Source: Eledone cirrhosa (taxonomy: Eukaryota). From it: a stretch of 64,000 nucleotides of DNA. The notes beneath the pieces were generated by a model. That model was not told where the DNA came from. It did no database searches and was given only the letters and a program-made list of their open reading frames with translations. The position numbers and the translations under genes were made by a program. Below, piece after piece: positions 17,151 through 30,702 of this stretch. The DNA is taken from contig OZ024747.1 of NCBI GenBank assembly GCA_964016885.1, positions 82,522,001 to 82,586,000 on the forward strand, in the 5' to 3' direction. Position 1 is the stretch's first letter. The number at the start of each line of letters is the position of its first letter.

Positions 17151-19074
17151 TTCTGATTTTGTTTTATTGTTTGTTGGAGTTTTGTGGGGGAGTTTTTGTT
17201 GTATATTTTTTTCAATGAGAAAAACGAAAAGCTAAAAGGATACTCCATTCCTAAATAAATATAATTGCATTTGGTGGGAAAATTGAGAAAATTGATTAAC
17301 TGCAAACTTAGCTATAATAAATTAAATACAATATTAACTTATCTGCTTGCTGGATGTAGATTGCATCTCTAAAATACGAAATTAACCAATTACTATATAT
17401 GAAATTTGTACCCATTAGTGTTTACATACTAACATGCATTTATATTCATTTATTCATTATCTACATTTGTAGTAACCTAGCGGCAGCAAAAAACTTAATT
17501 AGATTTTCTCCATACTACTCTACCTATAAACCGACAAACCAACGAAAGAGCTTCTACGTAGAGGGTCGTCTTATTAAAATTAGCAGCAGATTCTCTCCCT
17601 AAAAACCACGTCTTAGGAAACGAGAACACGTTAGCTAATGTACTCTTAGTTTCAATTTCCCAAGTAAAAGAATAAAATTTAAATACGTAGGTCTGCTCGA
17701 GCAGCATTCGCCATTGTTAAGCAAAAGCTATAACAATAACAACAACTACATGATTCGAGACTAACCTTGTAGATTCATATTTATATCACGTTTCTAGAAG
17801 TGACTAAGATTCCCAAGTGATATAAGTATTAGACTACGGCAGTTAACATGTGCAAGCAGATACTATTGATTAGGTCTGCAAAGAAATTATGTTTATTCAT
17901 CAAAGCGCAACCATTTTTATACCAACCCGCTTCAGACAGCCTCTATACCTTTGATAGAAAATTGCTTGTTTGAAAGTGATATTTAAATTAAAATCTTGCA
18001 TCATAATTTTAAAATCTAATTTTAAAATCTTGCATCATATTTAAAAGAATTGTTAAATTATGCTCCAAATACAAAGCTTAGTAGACTAATAAATGAAATT
18101 ATCTAATGTGGTAAATAACTCCAATGTTTTCATTTATAAAATGTATTGAAACACTTAGGCAGTGACTTTCGTTATACATACTTTCACATGTCTTGGGTCC
18201 GCTCGTTAGAAATCTAGACTGAAATTTCCGAAAAAAGATTTCAAATGATGACATCTAAAGACAGACACATATTAACGGAAAAATTCTCTTCAGTTGGCAG
18301 GAAAGAATCTGATGGCTGAAAGATGATTTATTCCCTCTTCTTTTTTCTTTTTTTTCTTTTTGCATTTTTTCTAGCCAAAACGCATTCAGCATCGACAGAT
18401 TATACTGTAAGATGAAATAGTGGTACGACTATAGCAGTTGTTGAAAATAACCTGGAATGTACATGTGGAGTCATCAAAATTTATTTCAGAGAAGACTGAT
18501 ATATATATATTCTAGATTTATAATCTTTTGCCGGCATTTTGAATGCTGAATGAGTACTTACTATCTTGCTCAACGCATGTCTACCTTTTATACAAAGGAA
18601 GAAAAACGTTATTATAATATATCAAAAGGCTGTCAGATAGTTCTGGGAGGTCACTAGATGGCGCCTCTCCACTCAGTCTAATAGAAATAATTTGATCTGT
18701 CTTATGTAAAGATAAGTCAGGCAAGGAATACAATACAGTTAAGGCTTTGAAAATGAAGTCACGATAAAATAAGTTTAGAAGGCAAGATCAGGCGATATTA
18801 TGTAAACATACGTGTTAGAAACAATAGCTACCACATCCCTTTAATTAATATTGCTTGTAGCAATCACTCCCTACAATTACGAGGGAGCCCCATACACGGT
18901 TGATTGATATGCGAGAAATATCAACGGAATCTTTTACAAATATACCCTAACACTTAAAAAAAAGGAAGGGAGAGATTTCATAATGTAGTCTTGGATAATA
19001 AAAAAAATACTGGATATGATGACAAGAATTGTTTTCATAATAGATCTAATCAAGCAACGTTTGATAATGAATGT

Positions 19075-19170
19075 ATTAACTTTGCCTTTCATCCTTAAAG
19101 GGTCGATAAAATAAAGTACCAGTAATACACGGTGATAATTGCTGGCCCTATGCCAAAAGTAGTAACGACT
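19075..19170 (+). mobile_element. 5'-truncated SINE
   Basis: TTAACTTTGCCTTTCATCC...GTACCAG...TTGCTGGCC. Confidence 0.8.
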
Positions 19171-19290
19171 ATATAATTCTTGGTATTCTTTGTATTGGGG
19201 GAATAAAGATGTAAACAAATATGCAATAGCCTAAAAGTTTGTTTCTTATCGAGTATATCCATCTGTAAATACACACATGCACACACACAC

Positions 19291-19374
<84 letters not shown>

Positions 19375-19403
19375 TGCACACACACATTATATATCTATAT
19401 ATA

Positions 19404-19587
19404 GGGCGGTGGATTGGCAGTATCGGTAGAGGGTCGGACGCCATGCTTTCCAGCATAGTTACGTCCCTTTACGATCTGAGTTCAAATCCCGCCGAGGTTG
19501 ACTTTGCCTTTCATCCTTACGGGGTCGATAAAATAAAGTACCAGTAATGCACTGGGTAATTGCTGGCCTTGTGCCTAAAGTAGAAAC

Positions 19588-19592
<5 letters not shown>
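19404..19592 (+). mobile_element. Full-length tRNA-derived SINE (MetaSINE-like)
   Basis: GGGCGGTGGATTGGCAGTATCGG (A box), GAGTTCAAATCC (B box), conserved core, tail runs into (TA)n. Confidence 0.92.
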
Positions 19593-19642
<50 letters not shown>

Positions 19643-19807
19643 CACACACACACATGCACACACGCATTATATATATACACACACATGTATACATACATAC
19701 ATACACACATATATACATACATACACACATATATATATATATACACACACACACATATATACACACACGCACATATATATACACACACGCACATATATAC
19801 ACACACA

Positions 19808-19839
<32 letters not shown>

Positions 19840-19971
19840 ATGTAGTTATTGTACAACAAACACTGCTATTTGATATACAGATTACAAGCAGTTGTGATCA
19901 TCCACTGTATTATAAGTAAGTGCCACTTATTGATTATATATATATATATTTGCATATATGTATGATGTGTG

Positions 19972-20090
<119 letters not shown>

Positions 20091-20148
20091 GCATATATAT
20101 ATGTATATATATATGTATGTGTATATATATATATATGACATATATGTG

Positions 20149-20189
<41 letters not shown>

Positions 20190-20673
20190 CTCACCGAATA
20201 TTTAGAAGTGATATTTATCCCTCTGAAATTTAGTGAAGTAGAACTATTGAAAGGTTTTATCAATAGTTTTGGCGACAAATTTTACACATGTCAATAAATT
20301 AAAGCTCTTTTTACACATTCCGTGTCACCAAATAATCGATTTTTCAACGTCTTCTGGGACACTTAATCACTTTTGTATTCTTATGTGTGAAGAGAATAAT
20401 CGAGAAATTTCTGTCATATTATTTTCAATTTCATCATAAACATATACGTATAGACACGAAAGCTTATGTACAATCGTTTAAATATATTCGTACGCATGTA
20501 CACAAACTAGCTGACATTTATCCACACACGCATAAGCCTATATATTCACATGCATACGCATATTTACACCACATTCAAACATACACACACTAAAACACGC
20601 ATTTGCGTATTCCATGCCCACATATATGTTAACGTGACGTTGACGAAGGAAGAATTCATATATAATAAAGTTT

Positions 20674-20787
<114 letters not shown>

Positions 20788-21137
20788 TTAGGGGAGCAGA
20801 AAATTGCTTATTGCGATCCAGTTCGTGGTTAAGATAGCCAGTTTCATGGACGGTTTCAAGGTACAGTTAGGGGTAACTCCACAAGTTCGTAAGAATCACG
20901 TTCAATCTTGGAGTATAAAGAATAAAAGAGAAAACACAGGTAAGTATTAAAAAAAAAAAGAAGGATTTTATCCAGGTATTTACGACCGTTTCATTGGTAA
21001 GTGCAACCTTATATTGCTATACTGCAAATAGCGCCACTCAATAATAATTTTTGTTCACCTCCAAATTTTCAAAATAATGAATACTCATAAAAGGTTCTTA
21101 ATATATAAAAACAACATTTTTGGGGAATTGTATTTAC

Positions 21138-21354
21138 TAGTATAGGGGAAGGGGGAGAAGAATTAGGAAGTAGAGTGACAAACGGAGTAGTATAGCGAGA
21201 GAGGAAGGGGGAGAAGAATTAGGAAGTAGAGTGACAAACGGAGTAGTATAGAGAGAGAGGAAGGGGGAGAAGAATTAGGAAGTAGAGTGATAAACGGAGT
21301 AGTATATAGAGAGAGGAAGCGGGAGAGGATTAGGAAGTAGAGTGATAAACGGAG
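21138..21354. repeat. 56-bp purine-rich tandem repeat, about 3.8 copies
   Basis: GGAAG..GGAGA at 21147, 21203, 21259 and 21315. Confidence 0.9.
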
Positions 21355-21458
21355 ATGGAGGGAGGGGTAAAGGTGGAAGGATTCCTCGATCAGTTTTGAT
21401 TCCTAGACTTGATGTCGTCAATTTACAGTGTAGGGAGTTAAAGAGAATTAAATTGTTT

Positions 21459-21645
21459 ATAATTGTTTCTACTTTAGGCACAAGGCCAGCAATTACCCAG
21501 TACATTACTGGTACTTTATTTTATCGACCCCGTAAGGATGAAAGGCAAAGTTAACCTCGGCGGGATTTGAACTCAGACTGGAAAGGGACGTAACTATGCT
21601 AGAAAGCATGGCGTCCAACCCTCTACCGATACTGTCAATTCACCG
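21459..21645 (-). mobile_element. Full-length SINE
   Basis: Reverse complement of 19404-19592; flanked by AATTGTTTATA direct repeat. Confidence 0.9.
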
Positions 21646-22052
21646 GGGCGGGAGAATTGTTTATAGTAAGGACGAGGTGTCAAATTTTCATTACGTCTAT
21701 TCAAGTGTGACGCGCGTTTTGCGATTGATCAGCGAAGGCTCGATCTCTATCGATTAGGCTCATCTCTGGAATCAAAAGCTGATCAAAATTCTGTTAGCTT
21801 AATGACGGAATGTTTCGCGACGTACAGCGTATATTTTCTTATATATATATTGAGAAAAACCACAGACCCTCCATCTCAACTCTACTTTTGAAAAGCAGAA
21901 GAACTGCGAAACAGGTAAAGGAACCAAATAAATATATATATTTTTTTTTAAATAAGACTCCAGTTGCATTTTCGATTTCATCTTTTTTTTCTTTATACTT
22001 TCACTCGTGTAGGACATGTCCGTTATTTTTCATTTTGTAAAAAAAACCTCAC

Positions 22053-22103
<51 letters not shown>

Positions 22104-22107
<4 letters not shown>

Positions 22108-22287
22108 AAAATAGTCAGGACCCCGACGGCAGAGCTCAAGTCGTTTCGACGGCTATTTCTGGTCGAAACGGCTTGAGCTCTGCAGTCGGGGTCCTGACTC
22201 TTTTCCTATTACCCACTCTACTACCCATAGTATCGAGTACTCTGGTGCATTATGGTCCACCTGGTTCCTTACCACACTTCATTCGTT
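22104..22287. mobile_element. Fold-back PLE-type 3'-end insertion in (TA)n
   Basis: Inverted arms around 22150-22162 plus about 78-nt extension on the right; same family as 60660-60847. Confidence 0.7.
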
Positions 22288-22387
22288 ATATATATATATA
22301 TATATATATTTGTTTCGACACACGATTTCATATCAAAAACGTTGCAAAACAAATTCATATATATATATATATATATATATGAGTGTG

Positions 22388-22945
22388 TGTAATCTGAGTT
22401 TTTCGAATATTCATAATATTCGATTCCTTCGCAATTATGCAAACAAGCCTCATTTTTAAAGCCATGTCAGTAGAATGAGCCCCTCATTCTTGCTCTTGTG
22501 CTGGCATGTAAACAGAATTGCAGACATTAATGCTTCTTCTAATATGCAGATCTGACAATCTGCTAATATGAAATCAGGCCGATCAGTCAGTGTATATTTT
22601 AGAAAACAGCATATATTTTCACTAGCTCTGACAGTTGGCAGGTGAACAGTGAACTGTACTGATGAAGGGTAATACCCAGAAACATTAGTGTCTGCAGTCC
22701 TGTTTACATGCCAACAAAAGAGCAAGAATGAGGCGCTCATTCTCCTGACATGGCTTTAAAAATGAGGTTTGTTTGCATAATTGCAAACGAATCGAATATT
22801 ATTATTAATATTCCAATAAAGTACCAGTAATGCACTGGGTAATTACTGGCCTTGTGCCTAACGTAGAAACAATTATTAATATTCCCAAAACTGAGATTAC
22901 ATTTATTGTATTCAGCCATGTAGAACGAATTTTTTATTATTATTA
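22388..22945. mobile_element. Fold-back element with about 150-bp inverted arms and an HHR, interrupted by a SINE fragment
   Basis: 22388-22537 is inverted relative to 22678-22901; SINE 3' piece at 22815-22876 with ATTATTAATATTCC duplication. Confidence 0.75.
22653..22698 (+). ncRNA. Type I hammerhead ribozyme motif (GUC site)
   Basis: ACTGTA-CTGATGA-AGGGT-AAT-ACCCA-GAA-ACA-TTAG-TGT-C-TGCAGT; all three helices pair. Confidence 0.85.
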
Positions 22946-23099
22946 TATATATACATACTTTAATTCATAGAGAGAAACAAAGACAAAGACTCAGGCTTAC
23001 TTACACACGTATGGGGTTCATATACCAGAATATTAGACTATTTTCTTTAATATCCTGTGAAAGCTAATTCTATTTGAAAAGCTCATAGGTTGATTATGA

Positions 23100-23426
<327 letters not shown>

Positions 23427-23453
23427 GACTAAACTCCAAAGAGGGCTCGATAA

Positions 23454-23917
23454 GGATAAATATATATCAAATATATAAGAACCATAGAGCAAACATTTAT
23501 TAAAATAACAGATTAAAGTTTAAGCTAAGAATCGCTGCTTTCACCCTTAACGGAATCTTCTGAAACTCTTAATAGCTGCATTGTTTCTATCCAGGGATTA
23601 TGTTGAAATATAAATCTCATTTAGTCATTCCATGAGAGTATCCTTGTCAGAAGATCCCGTTAAGGATGAAAGCAGCGATTCTTTGCTTAAACTTTAATCT
23701 GTTATTTTAATAAATAATTATATATAATATATATATATATGTATATATAATATATATATATATATGTATATATAATATATATATATATGTATATATATTT
23801 TATCTGACGAAAACGCAAATGTTATTGCATGATGATATTTGTTTTTGAAATGCGCATAATAAAATACATGGAACTCTTTTAACCATCTTTTGATCTTATA
23901 TATTATTATATATATAT

Positions 23918-23994
<77 letters not shown>

Positions 23995-24273
23995 TATATT
24001 AATATATAATTATTTATTAAAATAACAGATTAAAGTTTAAGCAAAGAATCGCTGCTTTCATCCTTAACGGGATCTTCTGACAAGGATACTCTCATGGAAT
24101 GACTAAATGAGATTTATATTTCAACATAATCCCTGGATAGAAACAATGCAGCTATTAAGAGTTTCAGAAGATTCCGTTAAGGGTGAAAGCAGCGATTCTT
24201 AGCTTAAACTTTAATCTGTTATTTTAATAAATGTTTGCTCTATGGTTCTTATATATTTGATATATATGTATCC
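23454..24273. repeat. About 270-bp near-perfect inverted duplication, each arm itself a palindrome
   Basis: 23454-23725 is the reverse complement of 24003-24273; spacer is (TA)n plus an HHR fragment. Confidence 0.9.
23796..23866 (+). ncRNA. Type I hammerhead ribozyme motif
   Basis: TATTTTAT-CTGACGA-[long helix II, CAAATGTTAT/ATGATATTTG]-GAA-ATG-CG-CAT-A-ATAAAATA. Confidence 0.85.
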
Positions 24274-24394
24274 TTTGGTTATATATATAACCAATGTTTA
24301 TATGATTCGTTGATTATTCTACGAATACAATTTTACAATAGATTAAAAGCACTCGACTGTTTTAATATTTTGAATAATATATATATATATATAT

Positions 24395-24797
24395 CTGTAG
24401 TGGAGTCTGTGCTGCTGTACTGAGACTTGGACACTGACCAAGAAACTCACTCAGATGGTGGATGGGTGCTACACGAGAATGCTGAGGATGGCTCTGAACA
24501 TTAATCAGTATACATGAAAAACTCAGAGCTGTATGGGGAGCCTCCCAAAAGTCAACTCAAAAGTGACACAGAGGAGACTAAGCTTAGCTGGACATGCTCA
24601 CCGACATCCAGAGTTGACACTACACTCAGTGCTCCTGTGGGAGCTCTTGCATGGACACACTGGAAGAGGAAGACCGAGGTTAACATATGTTGATGCCCTA
24701 AAGACAGACACTTGTCTATTAGAGACGCAGTGATAATGAGGGACAGAGACCGCTGGAGAGAACTCGTCCATGGATCTCGGGAATTTTACCCGCCCTA
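24395..24797 (+). mobile_element. RTE-like LINE 3' fragment
   Basis: SVVESVLLY..ETWTLTKK..DGCYTRMLRMALNI..RRLSLAGHAHRH..GRGRPRLTYVD across frameshifts. Confidence 0.85.
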
Positions 24798-24809
24798 GAT
24801 ATATATATA

Positions 24810-25013
24810 TAAATTAGAAATATAAGCTATCGCCGTATTTAGCCTGATAGTGGGGTTAAGAACCCTCGGAGAAATAAAAAAAGATGAGTATTGACGTACA
24901 TGTACGTCAATACTCATCTTTTTTTATTTCTTAATAATTTCTTTAGTCAAAATACGGCGATAGTTTATATTTCTAATTTCAAACTCGCTCGATGTTTCGA
25001 AAATATTCTTACA
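24810..25013. mobile_element. Fold-back insertion in (TA)n
   Basis: Perfect 30+30-bp palindrome centred at 24900/24901, outer arms 24810-24841 and 24950-24979, about 33-nt extension on the right. Confidence 0.65.
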
Positions 25014-25425
25014 TATATATATATATATATATATACTCAATGAAGCCTTTGCAGTGCGCATGTTTTAACATATTTCTTGAATATATTGTTAGCAATAGAA
25101 GCGAGTAGCGACACAAATCTATTCCTATATTTTGTGTTGTTATTGTCCATTTTTTTCGAATTTCATTCTGACAGCGGAAAGGTTTATAAAGATAACCCCT
25201 GAATTAATTATATTTCTCCTTTCTTTCTGTAATGATAAATATATAATAAAATGTTTGCTTGGAAAAGATTTGTTTAAAGCATTGTGAATTTGATTTGAAT
25301 AAAATAAGGAACCTACCACAATGTGTATTCTTAAAAATAAATAAAATTAATTAAACTTACACTATATATTTCGAGTATATACATTTCTTTTCAAAAATAA
25401 ATAAATGATTGATGAACAAAGTAGA

Positions 25426-25654
25426 AGCAGTATGACATGCCAGGGTCCGACAACTTGGGTGAATTAAGTTTAGCAGTATGACATGACAGGGCCCGACAAC
25501 TGGGGGGAATTAAGTTTAGCAGTATGACATGACAGGGCCCGACAACTGGGTGAATTAAGTTTAGCAGTATGACATGACAGGGCCCGAGAACTGGGGCGAA
25601 TTAAGCTTAGCAGTATAACATGACAGGACTCAATAACTGGGGCGAATTAAGCTT
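25426..25654. repeat. 46-bp tandem repeat x5
   Basis: AGCAGTAT at 25426, 25472, 25518, 25563 and 25609. Confidence 0.92.
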
Positions 25655-26045
25655 GCATGAGACTCCTAACTGAAAACTTCATCGGCCCCTTTGCGTATTA
25701 TTTACGTTAAAAAAATTGATTTTGAACTCTTTAAATGTTGTGGGGTCCCTAGATACCACCGAGGTCCGTACTCATTATCCGCTACGTCTTTGAAACTTGT
25801 GTTGCTTCTTAGTCTTCTTAAAGCAAATGTTTAAAATACTATTTCAAGCCTGCTGCGTGCCTTCTGAATAAGAAAATCATTTTTAAAAATAGAATGTATC
25901 TTTTTAAACAATGAAATTCAACTTAAATATTTGAGGTATATTTTCAAACAAAATGTGCATTGTAATGGCTTCCTCATTTGCAAATCAAATTTCACAATAC
26001 TTCACTGAAATCTTTCTAAGCATAAAATAATGAATACCTTCTTTC

Positions 26046-26091
<46 letters not shown>

Positions 26092-26100
26092 GTGTGCGTG

Positions 26101-26212
<112 letters not shown>

Positions 26213-26214
26213 CG

Positions 26215-26270
<56 letters not shown>

Positions 26271-29209
26271 CGCATGTGTGTGTGTGTGCGTGCGCATGTG
26301 TGTGTCTGTGTTTCCGCTTGTAAGTGTGCGTGTGTATATGCAAGCATTCTCAGCTGAATTCCAAATAAAAATATTAATTACATGAACTTTTGGTATTTCA
26401 GCGATCTACATCAATTTCCCCAAAGAATAAGAACTGATAGCAATTACTTTTAAAACTTGTATGTCTTGTTCGGAGACTTTGTTCTGTAAATTCTTTTCCC
26501 TAGCCAACTATGCCTTTTTTTTATATTCAAAATACTAAAATGGTAGCCAATTTCCTCTCAGATTATCTTCTACTGTCTTAAAAGGAGACAACACATAACA
26601 TTAAACACGTGGCTCAGTTACTTGCCTTCTAGCTTACCAGTCCCTGTTGTTGTTAAAACCTTTACTATTGTCATATTAGCCCTGTGTCCTTGGTTTAAAT
26701 CCTAAGAGTGCATATCACATAGACATACACCTCTACAAGGAATGAAGTTCAACACTTATTTCAGTGTACAACTGTGTGGCACACACATCCACTCCTCCCC
26801 ATTCATATGTGCATATTATGTGTGTGTACATATACGATTTACTTTTTACCAGGTTTCCGCCTACTAAATTTCACACACATATTATTGGTCAAGCTATAAT
26901 TAACACTGAAAATACTACTTGCCCTAGGTGCTGTGCACTAGGTGTGACCCTGGAACCATCAGTCTGTGAAGCTGACTTCTTAGCCACACAGTGATGATGT
27001 CGGCAATCTTACTTTTCGAACATATATTTTTGAAAAGATAATTTCTTCGAGAAAACAATTTGCCGAACAAATCTTTTGAACAATAATATCCGTTGTTGGT
27101 GGCAATAGATACTAATAGTAACTAATAAAAGTTTTATTTGCGCGATTAAAAATGAAGTGTGCAAAGAAAAGAAAGATTTAACCGGAATACATATAAGCTC
27201 ATCACAGCATCTGCCCAGCAAGTGAATTTCCATCGAATGATTATATGTATTACTAGAATATTACCTAATTCAATGGTTTAGTCACTTTGATGTTGATTTC
27301 TAAGAAATTTGATAGAAGTAATAGAAGTAATAGATTATAAAGAATACCAAGCATCGTATGGAAGAAGATTAATCTACGTATTGCACTCTATTTATTACAT
27401 TGAAAATATTTTCGTGCAATTCATTATATTTTAGGAAGAATTCAAACCTTTTTGGGAAATCAGTATAAGTTATCTTACAACCGTCTTTTTATCTTAATAT
27501 AAGATATTACTCGTTTTCCCGTCTACTGAAGCCAAATATTCGATGATGTAGAAGTATCGATTAATATTATGCTTTGTTGGCAATGTTTGAGAGCTGTGCT
27601 TTCAGCAAGGAGAGCTCTCAGCATGAAACTATTAAATATTAATATGTTGAAGCATAAGGTGAAGGGTATAGGTGCTTAATGCATATTATAACCTGATTTA
27701 CCGGAATCCATTAGTAAAAATCACTAACCAATGAATTAAATTACTGGGACAGGAAACCCTTCCCAGCTTGTATAGTGTTACATTCGTTTACTAAATATCT
27801 ACAATGCCTTTGAAATCAATTATGCCAATGGCTTTAAAAGTTTGATATATTATGGCATACCATTTTAGTAAAGAAATGTAATTCCATTGATAGGTGTATA
27901 TTAACATGATAACGGGAAACTTTCACTGTATGCTCCGACATGGTCGCAGTCGTTATAGCTAAACCAAACTAAAGAACTAAAGGTCTATATGCATATTGAT
28001 TTGTTTAATGAAGTTTAGTGTTACTTTGTCTTGGAAATGTTCCCAAATCGACCTGATCTAACTATTTAATAGAACAGTCGAAGAGATTTTGCATAGAATT
28101 ATCTGCATTAATATTCGACATAATGCTACTGATGACCTCTTACCACGTTCAGCGACCACATAAAGGTTCTGGATCCAAATATACAATAGATATTTCATTG
28201 TACGTCATCATTATAATATTCGCCATTTTCCGATAACATCTCTAATATTAAGACTTTTACGTCTTAAAATTCCACTATCCTTAATGCTTTCAGTAATTAC
28301 TTACTTTCTAAATGTTAGAATATTAATGGCAATTTTATCAACTAATTTATAAAATGCCTTTAGCAATATTCTTTGGTGAACACCATTAAGAAGTTGTTAT
28401 TTAGCTCCACGTATGCCTTGATCAAGCAGGCTTATGACAACAGCATTCAGGCTACATTATGTTATATATCTATCTCTGTTTTAAACGATCGGTTATGATT
28501 TGAAGAATATTTCCCTGCTATTTAAATCAGCTCAAGCGATCATATTCCCCAGAATATCCTGGTGAACAGCACTTAATATCCAGTTTACATACAGTTGTAG
28601 ATATTTTACTTACAGTATACAAAGTATAGGCTAAAGGTTATAAATATCTAATAATTAAGTAACCAGAAAACTGAGCTAGATTCAATTAAGTACACAAAGA
28701 ACAAAATTATAAGATAATTAATTTCTATAAAGAAATAGAAGTCGGACCCGTGGCCAGTTTAATCAGGGTTTTGCTTAGTCATTTTTTTCTCTGTGAACCT
28801 GTGTAGATGTAACTTTGACGGACACACACACACAGAAATATGTCTTTTGCCAGACGACGGCCAACTTTACTAGTTACATACGTTGAACATTGTTATTCTT
28901 GTAGACAATCTTTTTGTTGTTCTATATGTTAGACTGAATTATTTATCATTAATTTTTATTCTTCTTTGACTATGTGTAATCCTTTGTAAATCTCAAATCA
29001 GTTAGGTTCATTAAATATATGAGTGGAATTTTAGTATGTGTTATATCGTTCATTTCTAATTACACGCAATATAAAATCGTCTTTTATATATACCAACCAC
29101 ACTAAAACACAGTGTAGGTATCTGTACAACTTAGAATGGTGAACTTGCCCGCCTGAAATCGAGGTTTGGGCAGATTTCAAAAACACCATTTTTTTCTCCA
29201 ACGTCTTCA

Positions 29210-29400
29210 ATAATTGTTTCTACTTTTGGCGCAAGGCCAGTAATTATTCCAATGTATTACTGGTACTTTATTGTTTTGACCCCCGTAAGGATGAAAGGCA
29301 AAGTTAACCTCGGCGGGATTTGAACTCAGACCGTAAAGGGGCGTAACTATGCTGCAATACATGGTGTCCAGCCTTCTACCGATACTGCCAATCCACCACC
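29210..29400 (-). mobile_element. Full-length SINE
   Basis: Family consensus match; TSD AACGTCT(T/A)CAATAAT on both sides. Confidence 0.9.
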
Positions 29401-30122
29401 AACGTCTACAATAATGATAGACTATGAACTACCTAACAGCAAGTCTCTGTTAGATTAAGCTCTTCGAAACCATGCTAGTAATCACCGAGAAGGAAAGATA
29501 CCGATGTTAATGATGAGGGAGATAGTTGCTTTATGTATATTTCTGTACATCATCCTTAACGGGATGAGATGTAATGCAATTGGATATTGGAATGAGACCG
29601 TTGATTAGCACGTAGTTGTAGGATTACTTCATATTAGAATGAGATTGTGTTGGAACGTAAGGATTCTACATATTCACGTATGTCGTTATGCAGCTTATAT
29701 ACCAATGTAAGTTATTGCTGTTGTTTAGTCCTAGGCCATGAATACCTATGATAAAACCTATTTTAACATGACTATTCACTCTTTTTGTATATCAGAGAGT
29801 AGATTATTCAATATGTTTCATTTCTTAAACAGGTTGGTCATATTTTGGGAAAAGCTTTCTTGCTACCGAGGTACTTTATGAGATTTTCTCAAATATTATT
29901 TATACTGATCCACTGTTGCTATAGCCATTTACATTGGGACGACGACATTTCAAATGTGTTCCAATGTTTTTTAAGTCAACCGGATGTTTGTGTGTATGTG
30001 AGGGGAGTGGAGTCAAAACAAGCAGCGAGCTGCAACAATTATTAGGATGACTAATGTCATCAGGCTGCAGTCATCGTATTACGGAATTTCTATATGATAA
30101 TAATCTGAGCGACTAAAACCGC

Positions 30123-30184
<62 letters not shown>

Positions 30185-30388
30185 TACTTGGGGAGGGTGA
30201 TATTTGTGTAATATTGCCAGAATTAATAACAGAACACACTCACTGTTTGGTTGGTTTTCGCTTCTCGCTGTCTTTTATATCTGCGATCTAACTTAATCGG
30301 TCCTCAATGTTGCCATTGACTGACCGACGGTAAAAAATAATACAGATACAATATAGACACAAACACATATATATAGTTTACATAATTT

Positions 30389-30428
30389 ACATAAATCTTT
30401 CGTTGCACATCTGCAACATCGTCAGTGG
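30389..30428 (-). ncRNA. Minimal hammerhead ribozyme motif in PLE 3' UTR
   Basis: CTGACGA-T-GTTGCA-GATG-TGCAAC-GAAAGATTTA; strong helix II, weak helices I and III. Confidence 0.75.
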
Positions 30429-30702
30429 TGTTATATTTTTTCCTCCTGTTGTGTTGTATGTCTACGCCATTTTTTATTCAGTCTGTCTATATATTTATTT
30501 ATTTATTTGCTTGTTTGCTTATTTTATTTTGTCTTCTTTGCGCATGCGTTTGCGTGTGTGTATAGTGTTGTGTGTGCTGTGTGACTAGTGTGTATAGTGT
30601 TGTGTCTGCTGGGTGACTAGTGTGTGTTTATGTGCTTGTTGTTATTGTGCTTGTGTATGTATTTATTTATCTTATTTTATTTTATTTTATTTATTTACTT
30701 AT

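Noticed and set aside
19404-19495. tRNA gene
   Set aside because: A and B boxes belong to a SINE head present in many copies; no cloverleaf seen.
25426-25654. 46-bp repeat with a variable segment, CRISPR-like at first sight
   Set aside because: Variation is point divergence of one unit, not distinct spacers.
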